Shown here: positions 50,991-63,179 of the stretch, piece by piece
How positions within the stretch are numbered: position 1 is the first letter of the stretch
Layout: the number at the start of each line of letters is the position of its first letter
DNA from: Mobula hypostoma
Taxonomy: Eukaryota
Reading direction: 5' to 3'
DNA: 64,000 nt
Assembly (NCBI RefSeq): GCF_963921235.1
Contig: NC_086100.1
Coordinates: forward strand, 60,574,001-60,638,000
Position numbers and translations under genes: made by a program
The notes under the pieces: model-generated
What the model was told of the DNA's origin: nothing
Database searches by the model: none
What the model saw: the letters and a program-made list of their open reading frames with translations, nothing else

Positions 50991-52394
50991 TCCCCTATTC
51001 TTCAGGATTATGTTTAAGCCACCTCAACGCCATTTTCCTGCAATGGTCCCCTTAATTTACCAGACGCGTTGATTTCTGCTTGAACAAAGTAAACAAATGA
51101 GTCTCCACAGAAAACCCCAATGATTCGTCATCTCTGCATGAAGAATTTTCCGTTGCTTAGGTCGTAAATGGCTTACCACTTATTCTAAATTCTTAATGCT
51201 GATTACAGTCTCCTCAACCCGCTCAAACGCACAGCCAGCCTGTCAGAATTTTGTAAGCTTCATTAAGGTTTTCTTTCGCTTCCCTAAACTCCAGAGAATA
51301 CAGAATAGATACACTCTCACTATTCTTTGTTTTCTAACAACTAATGAGTTAGTTGACAACCATCATGACCAGAGATAGAGGATAGAGATAGTAACTCACT
51401 AAATCAAGGCACTGTCACATTCACTATAGAGAGCTGATTCTGAAACATTAAACTTGAAGACAAAGTATATGGGTGTCATTTGGTTAAATCGGAACTGGGA
51501 GTACAGATGTACATCAATTTTAGACGAAAACAGTTGAAAATGAAGGAGATATAATATTTACTAAAATTGTCCAAATTCTGATACCTATTAAAATAAAATT
51601 CCATAAAACTTGCATATTCAGAGTCACAATGCGGCTTAATGGGGGGTTTCAACTTGTGGGACATTGGAATCAGCATTGGGGAAGGAGGGAGCTGTCCGAT
51701 GGGATGGGGTCCCTGTGAATCACATAACTAGGGCTGCGGATAGGACTTTAAACTAAATAGTAAGGGTGTGGGTACAACAGCTTGGAAAAGTATGGGTAAA
51801 GTAAAAGGGTGAGAGAGTGCAGGAGAGGTTACGGAGATCTCCAGAATAAAAAATAAGACAAAAAGTTTCAAAGAAGATATGAATTTATCCTCAGGCGACA
51901 TGGAGAGAAAATTGAAAAGGGTAGTAAATACACAAAAGTGTTATATTAGAAAACACACAATATATGTAATAAGGTGGATGATCTTGTAGCACAGTCATAA
52001 ATTGGCAGGTATGACATTGTGGGTATCACCGAACTGTGATTGAAAGTAGATCATACCTCAGAATTTAACATCCAAAGATACACATCATATCAAAAGGACA
52101 GGCAAGTGGCCAGAGGGGTTGGGGTGGATTTGTTGATAAAAAATGAAATCAAATCCTTAGAAAGAAGTGACATGGGATCAGAAGATGTAGAATCTTGTGG
52201 GGAAAGTTAAGAAATTGCAAGAGTAAAAAGACCCTGATGGGAGTTATATAGTGGCCTCTGAACGGTGGCCAGGATGTGGAGTACAAATTACAATGGAGAT
52301 AGAAAAGGCTTGTAACAGGGTCAATGTCACGATGGACATGAGGGATTTCAATATGCAGGCTGGTGCTGGATCTTAAGAGAAAGAATTTGTAGAA

Positions 52395-52915
52395 TCAAGT
52401 CAAGTCAAGCTTATTGTCATTTAACTATATACATGTATATAACATATGTAACCAGATAATGTACGTTTGTATATAGAAATGAGACAATGTGTCTTCGAAC
52501 CAGGGTGTAAACCACAGTTGTGCACATAACACAATGATAACTTATGAAGGTAAGGATAAAAATCTACAGATGAATCACACATAAATAACAAACTAAAGTG
52601 CATTAATATTAAATATTGTAAGATACCAAACAGATGAACCAGTGACACTTTGAATATGATGTAGCAGGGAATTTAAAAAGAAAATGGCCTGGGGGAAAGA
52701 GCTGTTTCTCATCCCAACTATTCTTGTTTTTATGCATCAGAGTCTCCTACCTGATGGTAGAAAGTCAAGGAGGATGCTGGATGGATGGGTGGGATCCTTA
52801 ATAATGTGTACTCAGTATTCCTGATAAATGTCCCCGATGGATGTTAGGGAAACTCCTGTGACCCCCTCAGCTGTTCTCATAGACCTTTGTAGGGACTTCT
52901 GGTTTGATGCTTAGA
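52395..52915 (-). mobile_element. Rex1/Babar-like 3' fragment
   Basis: (GACTT)n tail; IIKDPTHPSSILLDFLPSGRRL-like minus-strand translation. Confidence 0.78.
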
Positions 52916-53194
52916 AATTGCCCAGGACATTGCTTTTAAAGTAGCTTGTGGTCAAGCCCTCTAGGGAAAAGGCAATTCTGGATTGGGTGTTCTTTGATGA
53001 ACCAGATTTGATTAGGGAGCTTAAGGTAAATGAAAATGTAGGAGGCAGTGATCATAATATATTAAAATTCACCCTGCAATTTGAGAAGGAGAAGCTAAGA
53101 TTGGGTGTATTGATATGAGTAAAGAGAGCTACAGATGGATAAGAGAGGAGCTAGCCAAAGCTGATTGGAAGGGGAGACTAGTAAGGTTGCCAGT

Positions 53195-53755
53195 GTGTTC
53201 GTCCATCGTCGTCATCGATGAGGACCTGGACACCATTATGATGGTGTTGAGACTAGCACATGATTTGGATTTAAGTGAGGGAGAGTTGCACAGCGTCAGC
53301 CTCACTCTCTCTTCCCAATTCCCATCTGGATCCAGTGGCAAGACAGAGTCGAGACGGCTGGAGATGGGACTAGGCGCAGTGGATGACCAGGACGCCTTCT
53401 GTGTCTTGTTGTGCTCTACATGTTCCACGACGCTTGCAGAGACCGCCTTCTTGACCGTTGGACCTTCCATTGGTCTCGTCCGCTCAATCCGCCGGAGTCT
53501 GTCTTCACATGCTGGGATAGACAACTCCCTATCTCACCGAGGGTTTGAGACCTGTCGGCTACCCTCATCTGGTTTAGCCGGCTTGTCGAAGCCGTTGCCC
53601 GGGGTGTGGCCACTGTCGCATGCAAACAGCTATGGAGAGCCATAGGTAAGAGCTGAGTGCCAGGTGGGGACCAAAGGTGGACAAGTTGCCTGAAAAGGAT
53701 ATGACATGTTCCCCCACCAGAGGTGCTACCCCTCCCTGGCACCCCATACACCCCA
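53195..53755 (-). mobile_element. Full-length non-autonomous RTE-type retroelement (~560 bp) with ~15-bp TSD
   Basis: AGTAAGGTTGCCAGT (53180-53194) / AGTAAAGGTTGCCAGT (53756-53771); RTE-like 3' end GTCCTCATCGATGACGACGATGGACGAACAC; no evident pol III boxes. Confidence 0.85.
53562..53754 (-). ncRNA. Candidate HDV-like self-cleaving ribozyme at the element 5' end
   Basis: P1 GGGGTGT (53754-53748) / ACACCCC (53607-53601); P3 GGC/GCC; GGGCAA; P4 CGGCTT-CGAC-AAGCCG; J4/2 GCTAA; imperfect P2 CTCTTACCT / AGATGAGGG. Confidence 0.65.
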
Positions 53756-54679
53756 AGTAAAGGTTGCCAGTAAAGGAGCAATGGCTGCAATATCTGGGAG
53801 TAATTCGGAGGATGCAGCATCAGTTCATTCCAAAGAAAAAGAGACATTCCAAAGAGAGGGTGAGACAGCAGTGACTGGGAAGGGAAATCAACGACAGCAT
53901 AAAAGCAAAAGAGAGGACATACAATATAGCAAGAAGCTAGAGGATTTGGAAGCTTTAAAAAACAACAGCAGAATACAATTGTTTTTTAAAAGACGAAAGA
54001 TGAAACATGAAGTCAGTCAGTAATATTAAAGCAGATATCAAATGTTTTTCAGATATATAAGGAGTGAAAAAGAGGCAAGTGGGCATTGGACTGCTGGTAA
54101 ATGACACTGGAGAGGTAGTCGGGGGGACAAAGAAATGCAAATGAACTGAATAAATATTTTGTGTTAGTCGTCACTGTGGATGACACCGGAAGTATGCAGA
54201 AATTCAAGTGTGTCGGGGAGCAGATGTGAGTGCAAAGACTATTACTACGGAGAAGATGCTTGAAAAATTGAAAGGTCTGATGGTAGAGTAGATATGTCAC
54301 CTGGATGAGATGAACTGTACCCCAGGGTTCTGAAAGAGGTAGTGGAAGATTACTTGAGGCATTACTATTGATCTTTTAAAAATCACTAGCTTCTGGAATG
54401 GTTCCAGAGGTCTGGAAAATTGCAAATTTTACTCCACTCTATAAAAAGGGAGGAAGGAAAATGACAGCTAATTATAGGTCAGATACCTTGACATCAGTGG
54501 TTGGCAAGATGTGAGAGTCCATTATTAAAGATAAAGTTTCAGGGAACTTGTCGGCACAAGATAAAGGAAGTCACCATCAGCAAGGTTTCATTAAAGGGAA
54601 ATCTTGTCTGACAAATCTGTTGGAATTTTTTGAAGAACCAGCAAACAAGATAGACAAAGGAGAATCAGTGGATGTTATT

Positions 54680-55025
54680 CTTTTTTAAATTATGAGCATA
54701 CACAGTCCTCTTTTATCGTCATTTAGTAATGCATGCATTAAGAAATGATACAATGTTCCTCCAGAATGATATCACAGAAACACAAGACAAACCAAGACTA
54801 AAAAAACTGACAAAAACACATAATTATAACATATAGTTACAACAATGCAAAGCAATACTGTAATTTGATAAAGAACAGGCCATAGGCATGGTAAAAAAAA
54901 AAGTCTCAAAGTCTCTTGAAAGTCCCATCATCTCACGCAGACGGTAGAAGGAAGAAAAACTCTCCCTGCCATGAGCTTCCAGCGCCGCAAACTTGCCGAT
55001 GCAGCACCCTGGAGTATCAGTGGAT
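54680..55025 (-). mobile_element. Short non-coding retroposon fragment with a 17-bp TSD
   Basis: AATCAGTGGATGTTATT at 54663-54679 and 55026-55042; T-rich body and A tail on the minus strand. Confidence 0.8.
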
Positions 55026-57479
55026 AATCAGTGGATGTTATTTTCTTAGATTTTCAGAAGGTCATCAACATGGTGGCACATGTGGGGTGGTAAATTAGAT
55101 AGCAGCCCATAGTGTTATAAGAAAGACACTAGCATAGACAGAAGAAGATTAGCTGATCGGCAGAAGGCAAAGAGAGGAAATAAACGGGGCCTTTTCTGTT
55201 TGGTTGCCAGTGACTAGTGGTGATATGCAGGGTCAATGTTGGGTCTGCTACTTTCCACTTTCTATATTAATGATCTGTATGATGGAATTGATGGCTATAT
55301 GGCAAGGTGTGTGGATGGTACAAAGATAGGTGGAGAGTCAGGTAATGTTCAGGAAGTAGGAAGTCTGCAGAAGGATTTGGACAGATTAGGAGAATGAGGA
55401 AAGAAGTGTCAGATGGAATACAATATAGGGAAGTGTGTTGTCATGTACTTTGGTGGAAGGAATTAAGGGATAGGCTGTTTTCTGAATGGGGAGTGAATTC
55501 AGAAATTGAAGATGCAAAGGGACTTGGGAAGCCCATTGAAAGGTTCCATAAAGGTTATCTTGCAGTTTGAATCGGTAGTGAGGAAGGTATATCCAATGTT
55601 AGCATTCATTTCCAGAGAACTAGAATAATGCTGAGTATGTAAAGCCAGAATGTAATGCTGAGGTTTTATAAGGCATTGGTCAAGCTGCATTTGAAGTATT
55701 GTGAGCAGATTTGGGCCCCATATCTAAGAAAGGGTGTGCTGGCATTGGGAGGGTCCAGATGAGGTTTGCAAGAATGATTCCAGAATAGAAAGGTTAAAGT
55801 ATGAGGAGCATTTGATGGAGCTGGGCCAGTACTCACTGGAATTTAGATGAGGGAGGATCTCATTGAATCCTACCAGATATTGAAAGGCCTAGGTAGATAG
55901 ATAGTACATACTGAGGATACTTCCTATGGTGTGGAAGTCTAGGAACAGAGGGTACAGACTCAGAATAAAAGGACATCCCTTTAGAACAGGGATAAAGAGA
56001 AATTTCTTTAGCCAGAGGGTGGTGAATCTGTGAAATTCATTGCCACAGATGGCTGTGGAGGCCAAGTCATTAGGTATACTTAAAGCAGAGGTTGATAGGT
56101 CTTGATTAGTAAGGCTGTCAAAGGTTATGGGAGAAGGCACACAATGAGGTTGAGAGGAAAAATAAATCAGCCATGATCAAATGGCAGAGCAAATTTGATG
56201 GGAGAATGGCCTAATTCTCTCCTATGTTTTATGGTCCTTCATGTCAGCCTATTTTATTTTCATTAGAAGTTAGGAAAGAAAGTAAATAATTCAGGATAAT
56301 AGATCTCAGCCATGGTTGTGAATTTTATCAATGTGTTTTATAATGTATTCAATTTTTTAAATTAGTTTGCTACAGCAATCTAATTTACACAATTAATTGC
56401 AAAGCCTCTAAAAGTGATGGAACTTCTTGATTTATAAACTTTTTATTAAATTATCACCATTTAGTAATCTGACTTTGGGCTACCCTCTAAGTGTTTAAGC
56501 TGATTTATATCAAGACGTTTAAAATCTTATCATTAAGAGTTCTTCAGATTCACTCTTGGCTGAGAGGGTCTATGTTTGAAGGTTTAGTCAGATAAACTTG
56601 TTTGAAATATAAATGACAATGACCTTAGAGGAAAGGCTGGAATTGTCCTCCAAAACCTGAAATAGGTAAACAAGAAATAAACTTTGTGATAAGTACTGCA
56701 GTTCAAAACAGTGCAGAATCTGCACGAAGGATTGTTTGCAATATGTAAGGGAACAGTACATTGATAAAACAGGCCCATGTACTTACTAAAGACAAAACTT
56801 TTCACATGTGCTAACATAATTAGAATCAAGTTATTATCTCTGTCTTATAAGACTGAAATTTTGGTTTTGAGATAGCAGTATAGTGCAAAGACATAAAATT
56901 ATTATAAATTACAAAATAAATAAATACTGCAAAAAAAAGAATAACAATTTCACGTTCAGATTGTTAAGAAATCTGATTGCGGAGGGGAATATACTGTTCT
57001 TGAATCATTGAGTGAGCTTTGATCATTGTGGCAAGATAACAATGATGAAGCATGGGACAGGTAGAACAACCAGTATTCCATGTAACAGCAGAGCACGGCC
57101 AAGGTGACCAATGAGGAAATGGTGATACAGCTGACCACATGGCCATAACTGTGGGTAATTAAAATAAACATCCATAAATATGCATATTAGTACTGGAGTT
57201 AGAGCAGGATCCAATCTAGTCAGGCAACTCAATTAAGTGCCTTAAGGCTAGAATGACTGTTTGCCAAGTTGGAATTGTTTAAATGTATTGAAATCATAAT
57301 AGTAATTTATAAAATCATAAAAATATTTGAAATATCTGTATAGAGTACAACACACATCTCTACTTTGTTACAAGATTCTACTCAACTATATTGCCTTAAT
57401 TGCAAAACCGCCCCTCTTTAAGAGACAGAGGGTTTGACATATACTGTTCTATCAGAAAAAACAAAAGAGTGCACTATAC

Positions 57480-58150
57480 TACAGTTCCTTGAAGATTGCA
57501 GGAGAGATCAATAAGGTTGTTAAAATATATATATTTTTTAAATTCTTTTATAAACTGTGCCATATAATGTATAAGCAGGGAGATTATGACAAAATTATAT
57601 ATAACACTAGGTAGATCCCTGCTTGACTACAATGTAAATCTCCCTTCTGTTCCCTCCTATGAATGGTCACCACATTATAAGAATGATGTGATTACAAAAG
57701 AGAGAATGCAAATGAGATTTACAAAGGTTTACAAAGAAAAATTGTATCTATCAGGAAAGAATGGATAAACTCGAGTTGTTTTCTTTAGAAGCTGAAGGGA
57801 GACTTAATTGAGGAGTATAAGGTTTTGAAAGACCTAGATAAATAAACAGGAAGGATCTATTTCCCACAGCAGAGGGCTCTGAAAGAAGGATTAAATAATT
57901 GCAGAAGGATTAGAAAATGTAGGCAGATTTTGTTTCACCCAGAGGGTAATAGGGGTCTGAGACTTACTGTCTGAAAAGTGATAGAGGCAAAAATTCTCAT
58001 TAAGCATTGGACTTGTACTTGAAGCACCATGAGCTGAAAGGCTACAAACCTGGTGCAGAAAGTGGAATTAGGCTGAGTAGTTCTTTATTGATCAGCACAA
58101 GCAGAATAGGTTGAATGGCCTCCTTTTGTGTCATTTGTTTTCTCTGACTC
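57480..58150 (+). mobile_element. Ancient CR1 3' fragment
   Basis: LYITLGRSLLDY..WSPHYKNDV..ERMQMRFTK. Confidence 0.7.
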
Positions 58151-58364
58151 TTTTATTTCTTTGAATTTAGTATGACCTCTGTATCTAAGGGGAACTGGAA
58201 GATTCTAGTTTGTAGCTCCTCAATTTTAACCACAGCTTCCCTCTGCACTCAGTCTGGCCCAGTTGATTAAATGTGGCCAGTTCATTCCCTTAACTCCTCT
58301 TTAACTTTAATTTCCTCCTCCTGTACCCTGCCAAACCTTTTGTTTATCATAGCTTCTGCAAATT

Positions 58365-58728
58365 TCTCTTCCACTATTCAGAGCACTTACAGAGACAGGT
58401 ATGTAAAAAGGGCACAAAGGATCATTGAGGACCTGAGTCACCCCAACCACAAACTGTTCCAGCTGCTACCATTCGGGAAATGTTACCGCAGCATAAAAGC
58501 CAGGACCAGCAGGCTCTAGGACAGCTTCTTCCACCAGGCTAACAGACTGATTAATTCATGCTGGTACAAAATTGTATTTCTATGCTATATTGACTGTCCT
58601 GTTGTACATACTATTTATTACAAATTACTATAAATTGCACATTGCACATTCAGACAGAGTTGTAACGTAAAGATTTTTACTCCTCATGTATGTGAAGGAT
58701 GTAAGAAATAAAGTCAATTGAATTCAAT
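58365..58728 (+). mobile_element. Rex1/Babar 3' end
   Basis: RAQRIIEDLSHPNHKLFQLLP.GK.YRSIKARTSRL; AATAAA and AATTC-repeat tail. Confidence 0.8.
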
Positions 58729-59934
58729 TGTAAACACTCATGCAGAGTCCTCATTTAGTACTTCACATATGCCTTATTCCTTCACAATGAATCTCATTAC
58801 TGACTCGAACAAATAACACCGTTTTTTTACTCAATGTGCCTACATATTTAGGTCTCCTTTAAGTTAGCTGCCAATCGATTTTATTTGATTTTTCCACTCC
58901 ACATTTTACTTTCTTACATCTTCTATAGACTTTTAACATGTAGCCTGTTGTTTTCAAGTATCATGAAGCTGACATCTGTCTTATCTAACTTGGTTCTGCT
59001 TAATCCTACATTTTAACTCCTTTATCATACTGGGAACTCCACTTTTATTTGCCCTCCCTTTTCTCTTTTCAATGAAAATAGCCAGACTGTAGACAGAGTA
59101 TCTCTTCAAAGGTGGACCATTGATCTACTGTATTTCTCCTTGGCTGCTCTTTGACTATTTATCTGGATCAAAGGTTTAGTCAATTTGCTGAAATTAGGTC
59201 TGCTCCAATGAGCAATTTTTAAAATTCTGGAACACTCATCATCCTTGCCGTTAACCAATCTAAATGATATGATGCTGCAATCAAAATCCTAGAGATCCTC
59301 CCCACTCTGATATCCTCCATTTGACCCACAGAAATTCTCAGACCTAGATCCCACAATATCTTCCCCATTTGGCAGAAAGTACATTAATTTAAATAGTGTT
59401 CCCGAACACACATCTTTCTCTGCCTCTTAAATATGACCACAGCCCTTTTTTAATATGGAGATTGTATAAAATATAGGTGTTATTTCCTATTATGATTATT
59501 CTATAACCACTCCATGTACTTGTTCCTTTCATATAGAGCGTTGTAGTTCCACTACTTTTCTTAATTCCATTTTTGAACCCCCTCAAAGGCATTTTCTTCT
59601 CCTAAATGAGTATTTTCACCACTGCTTATCTTTCCTTTACTTTCTTTAATACTTCATAATACAAATATGAACCATCCAAACTACGTTGAGCTAAACTTCC
59701 ATTCCTACCATTGCCAATGTGTTTTATGTCACTGTTTTCATTTGCGGCTTATCAACCATTTTAAACAAACTGTGCAGATACACAGCTACATTTCAAGAGA
59801 CTACGACCTCTGTATTGTCTGTAATCACATGCAGCTCTACATTATTTCCATGCGAATTCTCTGTACCAATTGTCTATACGCCTTGTTGACATCCAATGCC
59901 TAGCTCTCTTCCAGCGTGAACCTTTCCCCTCTGC

Positions 59935-60268
59935 GCAGAATCAAAAGAAGTTGGACAAGAGCCTCCCCACCGTCGAGGGCATCTTCAAAAAGCAGTGCCT
60001 CAGGAAGACAGACTCTTGCTATCTAGGATATGCCCCCTTCTTATTACTACCATTACCGAGGAAGTTCAGAAGCCTGGAGTTGCACACTCAACATTTCAGG
60101 AAGAGTTTCTTCCCCTCTGTCATCAGATTTCTGTGCAGTCCATGAACGCTATCTCACTGTTCCTCCTTTGCAGAATTTATTTATCTTACTTTTATGTCTC
60201 ACACTGTACCACAAAACAGCACATTTCACAACATATGTTAGTGATAATAATCCTGATTCTGATACTGA
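59935..60268 (+). mobile_element. Rex1/Babar 3' end
   Basis: LPTVEGIFKKQCLRK..SFFPSVIRFL; CTGATT tail. Confidence 0.78.
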
Positions 60269-60483
60269 CTCCCAGCTCACCAGTGCAGTGTTTCCAGCTT
60301 GGGTAGAAGAGACCTGTAGAACACATCCAATATGTACAGGTCTCTTCTACCAACTAAATATTACAATATACCAAACCCTCTCCTTGTGCACTATGTTTCT
60401 ACTGATATATTAACCTTTTAAAACTCTCGCCGGCTCATCCGAAAATTACGTTGTCCCATTAAATTCTCCACATCTCCTTGAAC

Positions 60484-60759
60484 TCAGATTGCAGAAATCC
60501 ACCTTGATTCTCTTTGGAACTGGACCACGAATCTATCCTTCCCCCTCCAGTTCTTGGAACCCTGCACCTTTTCCAGAAGGTTCTGCAGTTTATCCAGGCA
60601 CTTTAAGATGCTGTCACCTAAAATAGTTAGAGAAAGAGATATGTTGTTCCGAAGGACTCCTTTTGTATTAACATCTTTCAACCCAGTTGCTATTGTGAAC
60701 TGCTCCTTGATATAAAAACCGCACCTCCTGAAACCTGTGATCTGGGTTAAACCCCGCAC
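60484..60759 (-). mobile_element. Ancient CR1 ORF1 (SGNH esterase-like) remnant
   Basis: TILGDSILK motif resembles CR1 ORF1 V(I)GDSIVR; faint APE-like sequence downstream (~59100-59600). Confidence 0.45.
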
Positions 60760-61399
60760 GAAATCCAGCTTTCCTCAAATTCAGAAACCCACGTTTTGAA
60801 CTCAAGCATTTAGTGATGTTTCTCACTTCGAGCGATCACCTTTGTGCAAGAATTGTAGGCTAATATTTCACAGCTGTCGCCCCATTCTGATTACAAACTT
60901 CCAAAAAGCTTTTGTAAAGTAGACCTACACTTTAAATTACGCTTGTTACTTTTCCGTATATCCCTAAACATAGGAACCATTTTAATCACGAAACAAAATA
61001 AACCATTTATTTGTTAACTGCTGATTTATAATCATCGGGTCGGGTTCTGCCTGCAGGACGTAAAACCGCAGGCATCGTTCCAGCCAATTTTCACTCTCGC
61101 CGGATTCTCAGCTTCTGATCTGCTTGCGATCCACAATTGTGATCATTCCAGCTGCGTCCAAGTTCACATTGAAAAATCCACATGGCCCAAGTTAAATGAA
61201 TAAATACTTAGCGTAATTATAATTACTTACGAACAGATAGTTATTAAATATTCTCAGTAAACATTTTCCAATTAGACTAAAAAATACAAAACGTGTTGTT
61301 CGTGGGGGTTGGCAGGAAAGTAAACAGTTATTGTTCTCCCCATCTCTGGTTCTAGCACCAGACAAAATGCAGATGCTATGTGGAAGTGCTTTGAAATAT

Positions 61400-62048
61400 G
61401 AAAAAGACGTTGCCATTAATCGAGTGTCGACGGGCACGAAGTGAACTTCTATTCGAAGTACCCCAGTGTGGACAAAGCGCGTTTCGACAGTGGTTGAATT
61501 TTGATCCTTCCGGCCACCCGTTTCAAAGCTCCAGCTGCTACGAGCAGAACCTACCAAAGGCGAAGGGGAACCCGCGAAGCAAAATAAACTCAATGACCAC
61601 CCGGGGTATTTGCCTCCTGAGCCGCTCTCCGTTTTCCAAAGGGGAAGGCTTTTTTGCGCGGCAGGGCGAGTACGGGCACCTGGCGCCGGGCTGCGGTAAG
61701 GGCGAGAGTGTGCGCGACCAGTGCGGGTGCGGCCCCGCGTCTGGCGGTGGGCCGGTCCCGCGGGGGGAATGCGGCAGATCGTGTTGTCGGCGCTGGAGCA
61801 CGGTCGGTGGGAGAGCCAGGGGAGCGGCGCTGCTGGCCTGGCCTGCCCTGCCCGTCGGAGCCACATTGACACAGAGGACAGACACACTACCATCGCCATC
61901 GCCGCTCTTCGGGGTTTGGCTGTGCGGGGCCCGGCGGCACCTTGCAGCGGGGTTTGAGCACCGGAGACACTGCCTTTTTCTTTGCGCAGGTCCCTGTTGT
62001 AGAGGATGGTGAATTGATTGTGTGATTCTCCTCAAGTTTGTAGAATAA
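61400..62048 (+). promoter_or_regulatory. CpG island, promoter and 5' UTR of PPM1L
   Basis: High GC/CpG density upstream of the ATG; candidate 5' UTR intron 61696-61989. Confidence 0.8.
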
Positions 62049-62447
62049 ATGATAGAAGATACAATGACTCTGTTGTCTCTTTTAGGCCGCATCATGCGTT
62101 ATTTTCTTCTGAGACCGGAAACTTTATTTCTATTGTGCATCAGCTTGGCTCTTTGGAGTTATTTCTTTCACACAGATGAAGTGAAGACCATAGTGAAATC
62201 GAGCCAGAATGCGGTGAAAATGATGAAAGGGAAAGTGGTGGAAATCATTCAGAATGATCGGTTCGGGGGGTTGGACGTTCTAGAAGCAGAATTTTCCAAA
62301 ACCTGGGAATACAAGAGCAACAATGTGGCCGTTTATTCCATCCAAGGCAGGAGAGATCACATGGAGGATCGATTTGAAGTCCTTACTGATCTGGTCAATA
62401 AAAGTCATCCTTCTATTTTCGGGATATTTGATGGACACGGAGGAGAG
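62049..62447 (+). CDS. PPM1L: PPM1L (PP2C-epsilon) first coding exon, 133 codons: N-terminal TM segment and start of the PP2C domain; gene continues beyond the window
   Basis: MIEDTMTLLSLLGRIMRYFLLRPETLFLLCISLALWSYFF...QGRRDHMEDRF...IFDGHGGE, followed by a GTGAGT donor at 62448. Confidence 0.97.
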
Positions 62448-63179
62448 GTGAGTCCCTATATATTCCCAGAGATGTGTTATTTGACATTCTGTCAATGTCA
62501 AACAAAACGCTAGAATGATTTAAACTTGGGGAGAACAATATGGTAAAGTATTAGACGCCGATGAGAAAGTGACTTGTTAAAGCGGCATCATCATTGAAGT
62601 TAATGCATTCGCGGGATTGTGACATCCCCTCTGCCTTAAGCACTAAGATCACCAGTTGATTTGTCCTTAAAAGTACAGAGGAAAGCGACAATGTTTGCAT
62701 ACGGGATTTGAAGCCGATCATGGTTTGGAAAAATCACGAGATGAGTCTTGTTTAAGATAGTTGTCATTTCATTATGACGGTGGCGATATATATTTTCTTC
62801 ACATTCGGTTATTATATATGTACCATTGCTTCTTTTTTTGATGCGGTAAGTGTGAAACACACACAGGAGAAAATCTTTTGGACTCGTGCAGTAGTATCTG
62901 TGATGCTTCTGTTAGATACATGCGAATTGCTGTGTTGTGAACGTGCGGGCAGTGTGATTAATCGGATGGAAGAAGGTTGTATGTTTAGGAAGAGCACGGG
63001 GATTTAGGCATTCGGTTTCACACGAGATTAGAATAGTGTGAATGCACAAGTACACAGAAAAAAAAACTGCTGGGATACTTCAGCATAAACACTGTCTATT
63101 CTCGACAGTCATAGAACCAAAAGGCTGCAAGCAAAAAAAATGGATTTGTTGGGATGTCAGCTGGCAATGGGGAATACAA

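Larger units (their letters stand above)
51625..56240 (+). mobile_element. Degenerate CR1 (end of ORF1 and full ORF2 span) hosting three nested insertions
   Basis: YDIVGITE, DFNMQ, GGSDHN (APE); [15 protein letters not shown]; CR1 tail at ~56160-56240. Confidence 0.9.

Noticed and set aside
53115-53847. ORFs of 176, 131 and 143 aa in the RTE-type element
   Set aside because: They cross the TSD-defined boundaries and have no RT or endonuclease motifs; the element is better explained as structured non-coding RNA.
61192-62095. Long overlapping ORFs (235, 204, 185 aa) upstream of PPM1L
   Set aside because: GC-rich CpG-island sequence depleted of stop codons; low-complexity Arg/Pro/Gly/Cys translations with no recognisable domain.
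62448-62513. Extension of the PPM1L ORF to 154 aa
   Set aside because: Read-through past the GTGAGT donor into the intron.
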